DNA from: Oikopleura dioica
Taxonomy: Eukaryota; Animalia; Chordata
Length of the DNA: 64,000 nucleotides
Assembly (NCBI GenBank): GCA_907165135.1
Contig: OU015570.1
Location: forward strand, 992,001-1,056,000
Direction of reading: 5' to 3'
Below are positions 10,659-21,111 of the stretch, in pieces; within the stretch, counting starts at the first letter, position 1; each line of letters starts with the position of its first letter. The notes beneath the pieces were generated by a model. The model did no database searches. It had not been told where the DNA came from and was given only the letters and a program-made list of their open reading frames with translations. The translations under genes were made by a program, and so were the position numbers.

Positions 10659-12977
10659 TCAACATCGTCGTGAGCGAAGGCAATGATTCCATTTAGGAGC
10701 TTGAACTTGAAGTCCATCATCTCTATCAACAGGCTCATGTTGATCTTTATGAGGGCTTCTGATACTTTGAACTTCTTTCGTATCATTATGAGCAGGAACT
10801 TGAGCAAGATCTTGATCGAGCTGATCTTCTTCCGCTTTTTGATCAGTGTTTTCTTTGACGACAAACTTTGTTTGATTTTCAGTCGTTTTGAGTCGGAGCG
10901 GTCGGATCAGGCTGATATGTCGTCGATACTCTTTCTTCGTAAGCGGGCACTTGACAATGTAACTATCCTTGGAGATCCTTTTGTGAACTCGATAAGGACC
11001 TGACCAGTGAATCCCAAGTTTTCCAGAGATGAGATCCGGTTTCCAGCAGAGAACAGAGGTGCCGATCTCGAGCAAAGGGCAGTTATTCTTGTCTCTTTTA
11101 AGGAGCTTCTGGTATTGTTGAACTTGGAAATTGGGCAGAGGATGATGTAGAGTCTTCATGTATTGATTGATACTTTTGATGAAAGATTCCGAGGTATCGG
11201 CGGCAGTTTCTTTGAGCGAGAACGGTACGTGAAATTGTCGTCCGAATACACACTGATTGCTTGACAATCCATCAAGGCTTCCTTTTGGCGAATTATTGAT
11301 GAAATATTGAGCGAGCGGCCAAAATTCAGACCATGAGCGATTTGTAGCGAGCTGAGCTTTGAGCTTTTGATGGAGTTCACGGTGGATTCTTTCGCATTTT
11401 CCATCTGATCTTGAGTAATAAGCAGTTGTGGTGATGTGTCGAATTTCAAACCGATTAAGGATTGATCTTGTTTTTGGTCCGACTTCTCTGCCATTGTCTG
11501 AGATGCAATATTGAGAAACTCCATGGCGAAGGATGATTCGTAGAAGAGCTCGGGCGACCAGGTTATCGGATTTGTTTGAGAGGGGCTCACCGTCCAAATA
11601 TCCGGTGAGACTGTCGACGCATGTGAGCAGGTATTGTTTACCTTGAGCATCCGGTCGTCCATAGTCTACGAGATCAATGAAGCCTTTTTCGAAAGGTAGT
11701 GGAGCAAATTGTCGGTCTTTGATGAGCGATGGTCGAAGACTCTTGAGCGGTTTGAGTCGGATACAAGTTTCGCACGAACTTGTAATTGAGCGAACTTTTT
11801 GCTCAACATTGCTTATGAAGAACTTCTTGAGCATCTGCATGAGCTGTTGACTCCCAGCATGAGCCGTGATCGTATGCAGATATTGAATAAATTCATCAGC
11901 AAGAGAACTTGGCAGAACGAGCCGATCATTTGAGAAGAACACATTGTCTTTGAGCTTGAATTGTTTCGAAGAATTGTTGATTTCTGATTTGACAATGAGA
12001 TTTTTCGTCTTTGAGCAGGATCGTTGAGCAAGAGCCATTTCTTTTGAAGTTAACGAACGATTTTCAAAAGAAAATAGAACTTCATCTTTGATGAGAAGTG
12101 AATTGATTCCTCGAGCGTTAAGACTGATTCGTATTGTTTGATCAGGTTTTCGAAGGATGATCAGAGTAATGTTGTGAGCGGATTGGGTTTTCTGAATGAC
12201 TTTGAGCTGTTTCCATTTCGTCATCGCTTCATCGACTTGATCTTGAGAGTGAATTGGTATTGGTCTTGGAGGCTGGTGAGAAGTTTTGGATTCATCGTAG
12301 AGCTGAAGGGTGGTACGAAATCCAAACAGTCGTCCAAGATCGTCCGAGTCCATTGAGAAGCTAAGCCGATATTTGTACACAAGTTCATCCAATTGAGCCT
12401 TTTGAACATTGTTTGCTGACCCGTATGATCCGATATCGGGTTTGAAATTGATCCTTTCGGCGGCTTGTGAACGTCTTTGGAGGAACTGATCGTATTCCTC
12501 CCTTTCAGAGCCAGATTTTCTATCCACCTCTATAATTCCTGTGAGAAGCAGATCTGAGGAATTTGGATTGATCGTGGGGATAGATTTTCCTAGGAGAGTT
12601 GTCGAGCTTTCTCCAATCGTAACTTGCTTGAGCGTATCCATGCCAAGAATGATCGGGCACGAAAGGTTGTGAACAATGAGCGGGTTGAGTTTGATCTTGA
12701 GTGGCGATTCATTTCTTATCAGATTTGCTTCGATCGTGGAGCTGAGCGTACTGACTTGAACGATTTCTGAATTCGCACACTTGAGCCTTATATTCGAGGG
12801 TGTTTGTTTGTTGACGTGAGCTGGAAGTAGGTCGATTACATCGGAGCGGAAACAAGTTCGGCTACATCCGGTGTCAATAAGAGCGGGAAAGGTCAGTCCG
12901 TGGAGCGTGATCTTGACATATTTGAGCGAGGTCGGTGCAAAATGAGCATATTTACACGTTTCGGTGACCTTTGATAG
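10659..12977 (-). CDS. pol: Pol: aspartic protease + N-terminal RT stub + integrase (HHCC, DDE, GPY/F)
   Basis: Manual translation of 12977-12642 is open (ALIDTGCSR...PIILGMD) and in frame with ORF 10659-12641. Motifs: H-x4-H...C-x2-C (HTITAH...CETC), FIDLVD, SDNGRE, GKCERIH, HWSGPYRV. No YxDD or RNase H. Confidence 0.92.
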   Translation of the reverse strand, partial: LSKVTETCKYAHFAPTSLKYVKITLHGLTFPALIDTGCSRTCFRSDVIDLLPAHVNKQTPSNIRLKCANSEIVQVSTLSSTIEANLIRNESPLKIKLNPLIVHNLSCPIILGMDTLKQVTIGESSTTLLGKSIPTINPNSSDLLLTGIIEVDRKSGSEREEYDQFLQRRSQAAERINFKPDIGSYGSANNVQKAQLDELVYKYRLSFSMDSDDLGRLFGFRTTLQLYDESKTSHQPPRPIPIHSQDQVDEAMTKWKQLKVIQKTQSAHNITLIILRKPDQTIRISLNARGINSLLIKDEVLFSFENRSLTSKEMALAQRSCSKTKNLIVKSEINNSSKQFKLKDNVFFSNDRLVLPSSLADEFIQYLHTITAHAGSQQLMQMLKKFFISNVEQKVRSITSSCETCIRLKPLKSLRPSLIKDRQFAPLPFEKGFIDLVDYGRPDAQGKQYLLTCVDSLTGYLDGEPLSNKSDNLVARALLRIILRHGVSQYCISDNGREVGPKTRSILNRFEIRHITTTAYYSRSDGKCERIHRELHQKLKAQLATNRSWSEFWPLAQYFINNSPKGSLDGLSSNQCVFGRQFHVPFSLKETAADTSESFIKSINQYMKTLHHPLPNFQVQQYQKLLKRDKNNCPLLEIGTSVLCWKPDLISGKLGIHWSGPYRVHKRISKDSYIVKCPLTKKEYRRHISLIRPLRLKTTENQTKFVVKENTDQKAEEDQLDQDLAQVPAHNDTKEVQSIRSPHKDQHEPVDRDDGLQVQAPKWNHCLRSRRC

Positions 12978-14318
12978 TCATTCCTCGTTTTTGATCAATT
13001 TCTTTACGTGAGCTGGAACATCATCGGAGTGGATGTATTTGCATTTTGATCCAAATTTACACGATCCCCTTTTGACAAAGCTGATGCAGAAACCGTCGAT
13101 CTTTGAAGTGTCGATTCTGTTTCTCTTCCGCTTTGGCTCTTTTGGCTTTGGCTGATCCTTTTTGACTGCTGAAGACACAATTTCTTTCAATTTTGAGCAG
13201 AGCATTGAAACTTCTGAGCTTTGTGTCGGTGAGGATTTCTCTGCAGTGAATATATTTTCTTTCTTGAAGAACGATCTTTCAAGTTCAGTGCTGCGCTGAG
13301 CGATGTTTTTGAGAGTCAGCAGCGATTTTTCCCTTCTGAGCAACTCACATAATCGCGGTTCTTGAGCGTTGATGAACCTTTCGCAAATTATGCTTTCGTC
13401 GGCTGGATCAAGGGTTTCTTTGCCGTATCCTTTCTTGAAGAAGGCGATGAGCTTTGTGAGCGCCATGAATTGTGATTCACTCCCACGTTGGAAGGTGTTG
13501 TACTGAAATTTGTAATGTTCGGCATCCTTTCCGAGGATGAGAGTGAGTTTGTTTTTGAAAAGATCCCAGCTTTTGAGCTCATCAGCTGAGATCGCTTCGA
13601 TCAGTGCGCTTCCGGTCTCTTCAGTCAGAAGTTGAGCGAGACTGACTTGGATCAGGTTTTCTTGCGAGAGACCGTAGCAGAACCTGTAGATTTCCATTGA
13701 CTTTAACCAATTTTGTATGGGGACCGAGGGGTCAAACTTGGGAGTCTTGATCTTGAAGTTATCGCCCTTTTTTGGTTCGTGTCGGGATCTTGACCGTTGT
13801 TTTGGAACCTTTGGAGCTTCTCCCTCCTTTTTGTGGTTTTGATCAGGAGTCTCTTTCTTGATTTTCGGTTCATTCTTCGGAGCTGATCGTTGATTCTGTC
13901 GAACCGTTTCATCAAGTTTACTCCAGTCAATAGAGTCTGGAAGAGATTCTTCCGAGCTTTCATTGTCAGTGGCTTCTCCCATTTTCATGGAGATCATGAG
14001 CTCGGCAAGTGTTGTGGCTTGAGCGGATGCCAGGATTTGCCTGATCTCCATCTTGTGATGCCTCTTAGCGAACTTCTGATTTATCTCGTCGCTTCCCTCG
14101 TCATCATGGAGGTAGTTTGTGAATTCACCTTCCTCGTTGAACACGAACTTACGATTTTCGGCGAAAAACTCCACATCCAACTTGTGGATATTCAGAACAA
14201 TTGATGACTTATCTGCGATTGGGAGCTGTGGAGGATACGTTTGATTCGAAACATGGTCGTAGATCTTCAGCAGTTCTTCTCGATTCAGATCAGAGGCAAG
14301 TTTGAAATAGCGAGTCAT
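12978..14318 (-). CDS. gag: Gag (446 aa) with C-terminal CCCH zinc finger
   Basis: Position after the PBS; capsid-like TPKFDPSVPIQNWLKSMEIY; CISFVKRGSCKFGSKCKYIH = C-x8-C-x5-C-x3-H. Confidence 0.88.
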   Translation of the reverse strand: MTRYFKLASDLNREELLKIYDHVSNQTYPPQLPIADKSSIVLNIHKLDVEFFAENRKFVFNEEGEFTNYLHDDEGSDEINQKFAKRHHKMEIRQILASAQATTLAELMISMKMGEATDNESSEESLPDSIDWSKLDETVRQNQRSAPKNEPKIKKETPDQNHKKEGEAPKVPKQRSRSRHEPKKGDNFKIKTPKFDPSVPIQNWLKSMEIYRFCYGLSQENLIQVSLAQLLTEETGSALIEAISADELKSWDLFKNKLTLILGKDAEHYKFQYNTFQRGSESQFMALTKLIAFFKKGYGKETLDPADESIICERFINAQEPRLCELLRREKSLLTLKNIAQRSTELERSFFKKENIFTAEKSSPTQSSEVSMLCSKLKEIVSSAVKKDQPKPKEPKRKRNRIDTSKIDGFCISFVKRGSCKFGSKCKYIHSDDVPAHVKKLIKNEE

Positions 14319-14367
14319 GTTTCTTTACAGCAGCTCTCTTCAATCGTAAATCTCTATATGGGGGAAG

Positions 14368-14385
14368 CGTTTTTCTCAGTCACCA
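14368..14385 (-). promoter_or_regulatory. Primer-binding site TGGTGACTGAG...
   Basis: Starts with TGG 4 nt after the 5' LTR end; primer tRNA not identified. Confidence 0.75.
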
Positions 14386-14389
14386 AATT

Positions 14390-14923
14390 TGTAATGGTTT
14401 TGCAACCTATGCAAATGAGTGAACACAAGAGAAATTTACAGACAACTGAGCAAAGTTGGCTGTGTATAAAAAGAGTAAGGTTTTTGAGCTTTTTATTTGA
14501 TCTATTCTCTGAGCGAGCAAAAGTGAGAATGAATGTGAGAGAGATGGTGAGCGGTTTTTATAGTTTTTCAAATTTTCGGGTTCCCAGTAGATTAATCGGC
14601 TGTTATTCGATCGTATCGTTTTCATCGGATTAATTGAACATGAACGTCATAATTCGTCACCAACGGATTTTGTCACTTGGAAAAGGAATACTTCCATTTT
14701 AGCGGATTAATCGGATTTCGAGCATCAGGATGTGAGAATAATTTGAAGAGCGGCGTTTTAAAACGGATTATTTGGTTTTTCAGGAAGGGCGCGCGTTTAA
14801 GAGTCGATTATTTCGCCAGCGCTAGTGCGCCATCATTTTCACTTACGCGCCGTGCTCGCGTGGCAAGCTTTGCTTTGCCCCGCGGCGTGATCGTAATTAG
14901 AGCAATTCTGTAAAACCACTACA
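14390..14923 (-). repeat. 5' LTR
   Basis: Direct repeat of 8542-9073. Confidence 0.95.
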
Positions 14924-15251
14924 ACTTCACTCCTTAACTTCATTTATACTGAAATATTAACGTTAAATGAAGAAAGAAAAAGAAAATTATTTTCGTGTGG
15001 AAAGGGCAAAACTTTTGAAATTTTGAGAGTGGTGATTTTCTTCAAGAAAGCGTGACAATTGGCACTCTAGTAACCCAGATTGTCGTCAATAGAATGCACC
15101 TGCAATCTACTTAGCCGATCTCGGCTCTACTGTGATAAACGACTCAGAAGTATGTGCCGGGAAGTAATCTCCGGGCATCCCGCTTGAGGGGTCGCAGCTC
15201 CGCCGAGATTACGTTGGGCGCGACGCATGTGTCGAGATCAGGAAATAATGC

Positions 15252-15626
15252 TCATGAGATGAATTTCGAAGCCAAACTCGCGAACGTCGTATTTCTGAGC
15301 TTCGGATCGAAATGCGCGATGCCAATATCTCCGGCCAATTTTCTCCCGTATCGTAGCACTTCTACTTTATTGAATTTTGAAGCCAATTCTTCGCTGAAGG
15401 GCAGTTGGAGGTCGAGTCCGTCCACAGAAGACATTATTGTTTTGATTAGTCCCTCGTTTTTCTGACGGAATCCAACGATCAGCAGATTGACTGAGGATAT
15501 CGGTGCCTTGGGCATGTTTTCTCCAGCGTACATCAGCTGAAACCCATAGCTCTTCGCAATGTCGTCGTAGGAATTCGAGTACCCGTTCTTGCTCAGGTCC
15601 ATCCGGAAGCTCCTGCGCAGTTTCAA
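15252..15626 (-). CDS. Orphan ORF fragment (124 aa)
   Basis: GC-richer, protein-like stretch; the frame continues ~35 codons beyond the stop. No family recognised. Confidence 0.35.
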   Translation of the reverse strand: MKLRRSFRMDLSKNGYSNSYDDIAKSYGFQLMYAGENMPKAPISSVNLLIVGFRQKNEGLIKTIMSSVDGLDLQLPFSEELASKFNKVEVLRYGRKLAGDIGIAHFDPKLRNTTFASLASKFIS

Positions 15627-16534
15627 ATGGACAGAACAATTTGACGCATTGATTTTTTTGTAAACAGACCGATTTTTATCATCAATAATGTCTTTATGCG
15701 ACTCAATGAATTTTTTCTTATATAAAAAAACACGAGCTTTTTAATGAGCTTTTATTTATTATGAAATCGATAATATTTGAGGAACTTAAGTGTGCTTAAA
15801 CTTGAGCTTCTGTGTACCGCTGTAACTCTCCCCCAAAATAAGCTAAAATAAAAATTCGAATTTAAAAAGAGGAGAAAAAGTTACGTATGTCTACTAATTT
15901 TCATGAAAATCCAAGCATTTTGAGCGAGTCGATCGGCGAAGATGAGGGTTGCGCGCGCTCACAAATATAAGGTCAACTTTGAGCGCTAGAAAAAGGGGTT
16001 AACCATAAACATTTTATAATTTTTAAACGTTTCCGCAACGGTTCAAACGATTATCTAAAACTCTGTAAAATTAGAATTTTGATATCTATTCTACTTCTTC
16101 CCAAAACTAAACGTCGAAAATTTCCGATTTCGGGACTTTGAAGCGCCGCGCTTATCACTTTTCGGTTTCGGAAGATGGAAATAAAAGTTTTTCCGCGGTT
16201 TTCGAACACGCTGAATTCATGTATGGCAAAATAAACTTGATTGGAAAAATTTTTCACTTTTGTCTAAATTCGATTTAATTTGTCCTAGGCTCTCTGGCTT
16301 GGGGGACGATTTCTATGCGTATTCGCCTAACCTCGTCTAGCCTAGCCTTCAAGGCGATTTCGAACTCTGGTTTTGACTTGGTGATCTTGTAAACACTAGG
16401 CGTCTTAAGGCCTAAATATAACTCTAACTCTAATGTAGTAACGTGAAGAGAAGGTCAAAAAAAGGAGAAGATATAAAAATATTCAGTCAGACCTTCTGAA
16501 GGCTACCGTAAGAAACTAAATATACAGTATATTA

Positions 16535-17817
16535 TAGTTTTTTTCCATCTTCAGAGGCCTTTTGAGATTACAAGGGCTGAGCAAAAGTCCTCTTAAGTTG
16601 GAAATTTTCGAGTCGAATCAGGTACACATATTTTCAAAATTTGAAATTTTTAAAAACCCCATATTTTTGCTTCCTAATGCGTCCGAAGATTAAAGTTGCT
16701 GCAAAAACTTGATAACAGGAAGTGTTGACGAAGAAAAATCAAAATTTATGCCAAAATTGGCTCTGATTTGGGTTTGGGTTTCAGCATCGGATACAGACGT
16801 CGAATTTGAAGAGGGAGATTATTCGGTGCATTTTTCAGAAAATTTTAGCCTACCGGCCAAAAACACCTTCAGAGGTGTGAGCACTATAATTGCTGTGCAC
16901 CATACATGGTGCATCTAGTAATCCTCAAAGTAAGGCTGTTTCCTAACCCTAACTGAGAATAGCCGTAAGGGGACCTTAGGGGGGTGATACGGCCTAATTC
17001 TTCGGCTTGGAGGCCGAAGGATTGATGCGTATAAGAACACTGATTCTTCGGCATAAACCGAAGAATGAGTGATAAAAGATGCACTGATTCTTCGGCAAAG
17101 ATGAATTTATTCACAGATTCATGTGCCCCTAACGGTTAGGGCCTAACCACGGGGCTCCGCCCCTTAGGTCCTAAAATGCCGGGGTCTAGTCTATGGTTAC
17201 TTAGGGTTACCTTCGGTAACCCTAACTAACCCTAGCCTATCCCCCTCGGGTGAGTAAGTTCTGTCATTTTGCCCAGTGCCCCCTAACACTAACCTCAATT
17301 TATAGAAAGTACTTATTGCTAAAATGTGTTTTTTTTTCTAGAAAATGTCCTTTTTCATAAGTGATGACTCATAGGTTGCAATCAAAGATTTATCAAAAGA
17401 ATTTTGATAAAGGATTCTAGAAAATTTGCCGAAGAATCACTGTCAATTTTGTCATTAATCCTTCGGTTCAAGGCAATTCTCAATTAGCCGAAGAATCAGT
17501 GTTATTGAAAGCATCAATTCTTCGGTCTTGCCGAAGAATCAGCCCATACCACGCTTAGGGGGCCTAAGCTTATCGATGAATTGTCCAACAGTTTCTATTT
17601 TTTAAATATCAAAAGCACTTCGCTGAAAGAGCTGATTCTTTGACCAGTGATCCACAGGTCGTGCACCGTGGCTGGCCATGGTAAATAGAAATTTTCTAAA
17701 ATTTAATAAAATTATCATGAAAGTCCTCTTAAGTTGGAATTTTTCAGGGTGACAAAATCAGCCAAATTGACGCAAAAGTCCTCTTAAGTTGGGGCCTCTT
17801 AAGATGGAAAAAAACTG
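16535..17817. mobile_element. Tc1/mariner-type non-autonomous TIR element hosting a family A MITE
   Basis: agtttttttccatcttcagaggcc / ggcctcttaagatggaaaaaaactg|ta; repeated aaagtcctcttaagttgg motifs. Confidence 0.55.
16983..17553 (+). mobile_element. MITE family A copy 2, 8-bp TSD CTTAGGGG
   Basis: Colinear with 4511-5061; TSD at 16975-16982 and 17554-17561. Confidence 0.8.
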
Positions 17818-18137
17818 TACTCGATATCGATGCAATTTTGAATATGAAAAGCGGTGGAACTGCGGATTTCACTCAAAAAATTTCAATTTTTTTGAGGGTT
17901 TATTTTCACAATTTTTCGGATTTTGACCAAAAACTCCCAAATTAAGCACTCCCAAATTGACCACCCTACTGTAATTCTCTTAACAAATAGCATCACATCT
18001 TATTGACGGAGAAGCCAGAATATTAACAAGGGATCAATGTTTGCTTTTTTGCAGAAATGCGTAGTCAAATACCCGGCAAAATATGTTTAGCAGGGCCATT
18101 TATAACTAAAATTTGTGAAGGTGAATTTTTGAAGGTA

Positions 18138-18354
18138 CCGCGATTGGCAGTCCTGACTGACTGATTTTTGAAAGATGCACATTGACGTTACAATTCTCCA
18201 TGCTAAAAACATAGGAGATTTGTAACGTAGATTGCGTAGGCGTCACTGGTTTGACGGAACTCTCAAAGAAGAGACACTAGAGTCAAATTTTAATTGGTTG
18301 ATTAGCTATTTCACTCGAAAATCAGAATCAGTCAGTCAGAAATGCCAATCGCGG
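18138..18354. mobile_element. TA-flanked MITE
   Basis: TA|CCGCGATTGGCA ... TGCCAATCGCGG|TA. Confidence 0.65.
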
Positions 18355-19103
18355 TATAAGTGCTCAAGCTGGGCAGAGTTTTTTGCCGGGAATGAGAATT
18401 TAAAATTCGAAAGTTGATATTTCGCGATTGTGTCGTGTAGCTGCCTATCGGCGAAAAAAGATCGATGCCGTCAGCGATCTTCTTTCATCAGGTAGCAACA
18501 GTGTTATTCATCGGACAAATCAAAATAAGATCTTTGTCATGAGCTATTATCTGATTATCTTTTCAAAATCTTTTCTTTTGTAAGCCTTTGAAGTCTTTTT
18601 CTCTCATGAAGCTGAATTTTTTTCATGCACAAGGATCTTATAAAACCTTGTCTAGCGCGTTCGTGCCTTTTTACTTTGGGTCCTCAAATATATATATAAC
18701 GATATAAAACGATGGTCGATGAAATTATTGACAGATATCCAGTAAAGTTTTTTATGGAATTTGTGGACATCAAATTTGTGGTCATTTTTCAGATTTAAGC
18801 GGTTTTCTTGGGTCACATTCAAAAAAAGAGGTTATCAAATTTATTGACATTCTTTGTCAATTGATCGTCTAAATTAATGGTCAAACTTAAGCTTTAAACG
18901 CCAATTTTATCTCGAAAGACTTGTTTCTCGTCATGATCTAAGGGATTTTTTGAAAGCAATCTTACCTATAAATGCACATAAAACTCAAATCTTGTATTTT
19001 CAAAAAAATTTTTACAGAAAATTCTCTCTTTAGACTCTTGAGTGATTTTAAATCTTACCATCTCGATTTCTCGAAATTTTTCCACTAAATCGCTTGAGGG
19101 ACC

Positions 19104-19977
19104 TTGTCGAGCTGGCTGAAGCGCGACTACGGGGGCGTTTCATTGATTTTTGACTTGAGATATTTTCAAAATTCTTTTTGCAAACATTATCTTCAGAGAC
19201 TTTTCTTTCTATTGCAGTTTTTACTTTTTCTCTATCATTCTTAATTCAGTCGCTATCGGCGAAAAGAGAAGTTTAACTTCAGAAGGATTCAGCACTTTCA
19301 ATTTTGAAGATATAAAAATATAATTACATTTGATGATTGAAATTTTTATTTATTTTTTTTTTATTTTTTTTTTTGGGACGCGTTTCGGTCTCAGTGGACT
19401 TTCGTCAGCCCTAAGTACAGCTTTTAAATGAAAATTCAAAAAGTTCAAAAACAGGAAAATTACATTTACCGGAAAGCCCAGAAAATTCTGTACAAAAGTT
19501 ACCTAATAGGGTCATATGAAAATCATTGATGTAGTGGTAAGAATCTGTAATCCATAGTTATTAGCGCGCGCTTTGCGGGAATCAAGCGCAAACAAGCCAA
19601 AATATTGCCTCGCGCAGCGCGAACACTCGCTGTGGAACCGATCCACTCCGGAAAAGCTCATCTTTCACTCGGCAGGTTATTGTTATCATAACCCCATTAC
19701 TAATTGGCCATTAGGTAACTTTTGTATAGAATTTTTTGGGCTTTCCGGTGAATGAAATTATAATTTCATATCTTCAAAATCGAAAGTGCTGAATCCTTTT
19801 GAAGTTAAATTTCACTTTTCGCCAATAGCGACTGAATTAAGAATGATAGAGAAAAAGTAAAAACTGCAATACAAAGAAGAATCTCTGAAGATAATGTTGG
19901 CAAAAAAAATTTTAAAAATATCTCAAGTCAAAAATCAACGAAGCGCCCCCGAAGTCGCGCTTCAGCCAGCTCGACAA
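19104..19977. mobile_element. Long-TIR (~270 bp) non-autonomous element
   Basis: 19104-19325 plus 19458-19510 is the reverse complement of 19709-19977. Confidence 0.75.
19375..19411 (-). ncRNA. Degenerate minimal hammerhead ribozyme inside a 126-bp TSD-flanked insertion
   Basis: Minus strand GGG-CTGACGA-A-AGTC-cactga-GACC-GAAA-C-gc-GTC-CC, followed by an A-rich tail. Confidence 0.55.
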
Positions 19978-20379
19978 AAAGCCAAACTTTTAGGTCGAAC
20001 TATTTTTTTTCGGGCTTCGCTACGTAAGAGGCTGAGGGCTTATTTTGAAGGCCATTTCTTTACCCTATGCGTCTCGGTCAGAGCACCCCCTGTGCGGCTC
20101 GCGGGGGATTTTTTTTCACCCGCCCATCTAGAACAAAGTTATCCATTATTTTACGCCTCTCCGGAGCAAAATGCGCTGACTCTCGTGTTATCACAGTCTC
20201 GGAGACAGAAAATCTTCAATTTTTGGTGTCTTTTAGTCGAGCTAGAGATTGTTATGTAATAATTTTCATGTTCTCGAGACGTAAACGCACCAATTTCACG
20301 CGTGTTCATTCGATTCTCTAGACAAATTTCATGTTCTCGAGACAAAAAATGGCCATTTTCTACTGTTTTTTACGATTTA

Positions 20380-20700
20380 CTCGATTGAATTCGTTTATTG
20401 CAGGCTTAACGTTTTCGGAACAGAAATTCCATCATCAGAGCCAGTTGCTTGTATAAAAACTTGACGATCTTTAATGAAAGGAGAGACTGACCTTGTCTTG
20501 TAGAAAAGTGAACTGATCAAAAAACCGAATAAGAACCCAACTGCCTTCGAAACTTGCCTCTGAACGGTATCACAAAATAAAGATTTTACGATGATTAACC
20601 TGTTTATTTAAACAAGGATCTGTACGTGTTTCTCACAGTACATAAGTTGGATAACTAGTTGCGTTTATCTTATTCGCGAGCGGGAATACAAATAGTGAGC
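20380..20700 (-). mobile_element. Penelope-like 3' remnant
   Basis: Minus-strand ...DPCLNKQVNHRKIFIL* resembles the P-x-LN-x-Q end of the GIY-YIG domain. A hammerhead and AATAAA follow. Confidence 0.5.
20403..20442 (-). ncRNA. Minimal type-I hammerhead ribozyme (Penelope type)
   Basis: GGCT-CTGATGA-T-GGAA-tttctg-TTCC-GAAA-ACG-TTA-AGCC: intact core, 4-bp stems I and II, palindromic stem III (AACGTT). Confidence 0.7.
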
Positions 20701-20709
20701 GACGAACGT

Positions 20710-21039
20710 TGTGTTAAAAAGAGCAAGTTTTATTGTGGTGTCTCTGAGTAAAAGTAGTGTTGTGTGTGATGTGTGTGTGAGCGAGTCAGTGAGAAATAAG
20801 ATCGTTTATATATGGTTTTCATAAACCGTGGTGAGCTGTTAGATCGTGGTGAGTGACTTTTTGGTGAGTCGTGAGTTGATCCTAGTCCGTGGTGAACTGT
20901 GCTTTCGCGGTTTGCGGCGGAGTGTTTGCGCGTGGTGAAATGCGCTTCGCGAGTAGTGAATAGCGCTTCGCAGGTCGTGGACTGCGCGCGGCGCGGCGCG
21001 GTGAAATCAAGTGGCGGATGACAATGAGAAACACTAACA
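20710..21039 (-). repeat. 3' LTR of a second gypsy-type element
   Basis: Minus strand TGTTAG...AACACA, preceded by purine tract aaaataaatggaggaggaatta; contains TATATAAA and AATAAA. No partner LTR in the window. Confidence 0.6.
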
Positions 21040-21111
21040 TAATTCCTCCTCCATTTATTTTGGATCGTTCGACTATCCGGTAGAGGAATATCCTGTGTTT
21101 GAAAGCCAATA

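Larger units (their letters stand above)
8542..14923 (-). mobile_element. Full-length Ty3/gypsy-type (Tor-like) LTR retrotransposon, non-autonomous (RT/RNase H deleted)
   Basis: Two ~533-bp LTRs with TG...CA ends, 4-bp TSD ACTT (8538-8541 and 14924-14927), PBS, PPT, gag, PR, IN, and third and fourth ORFs. Confidence 0.95.
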
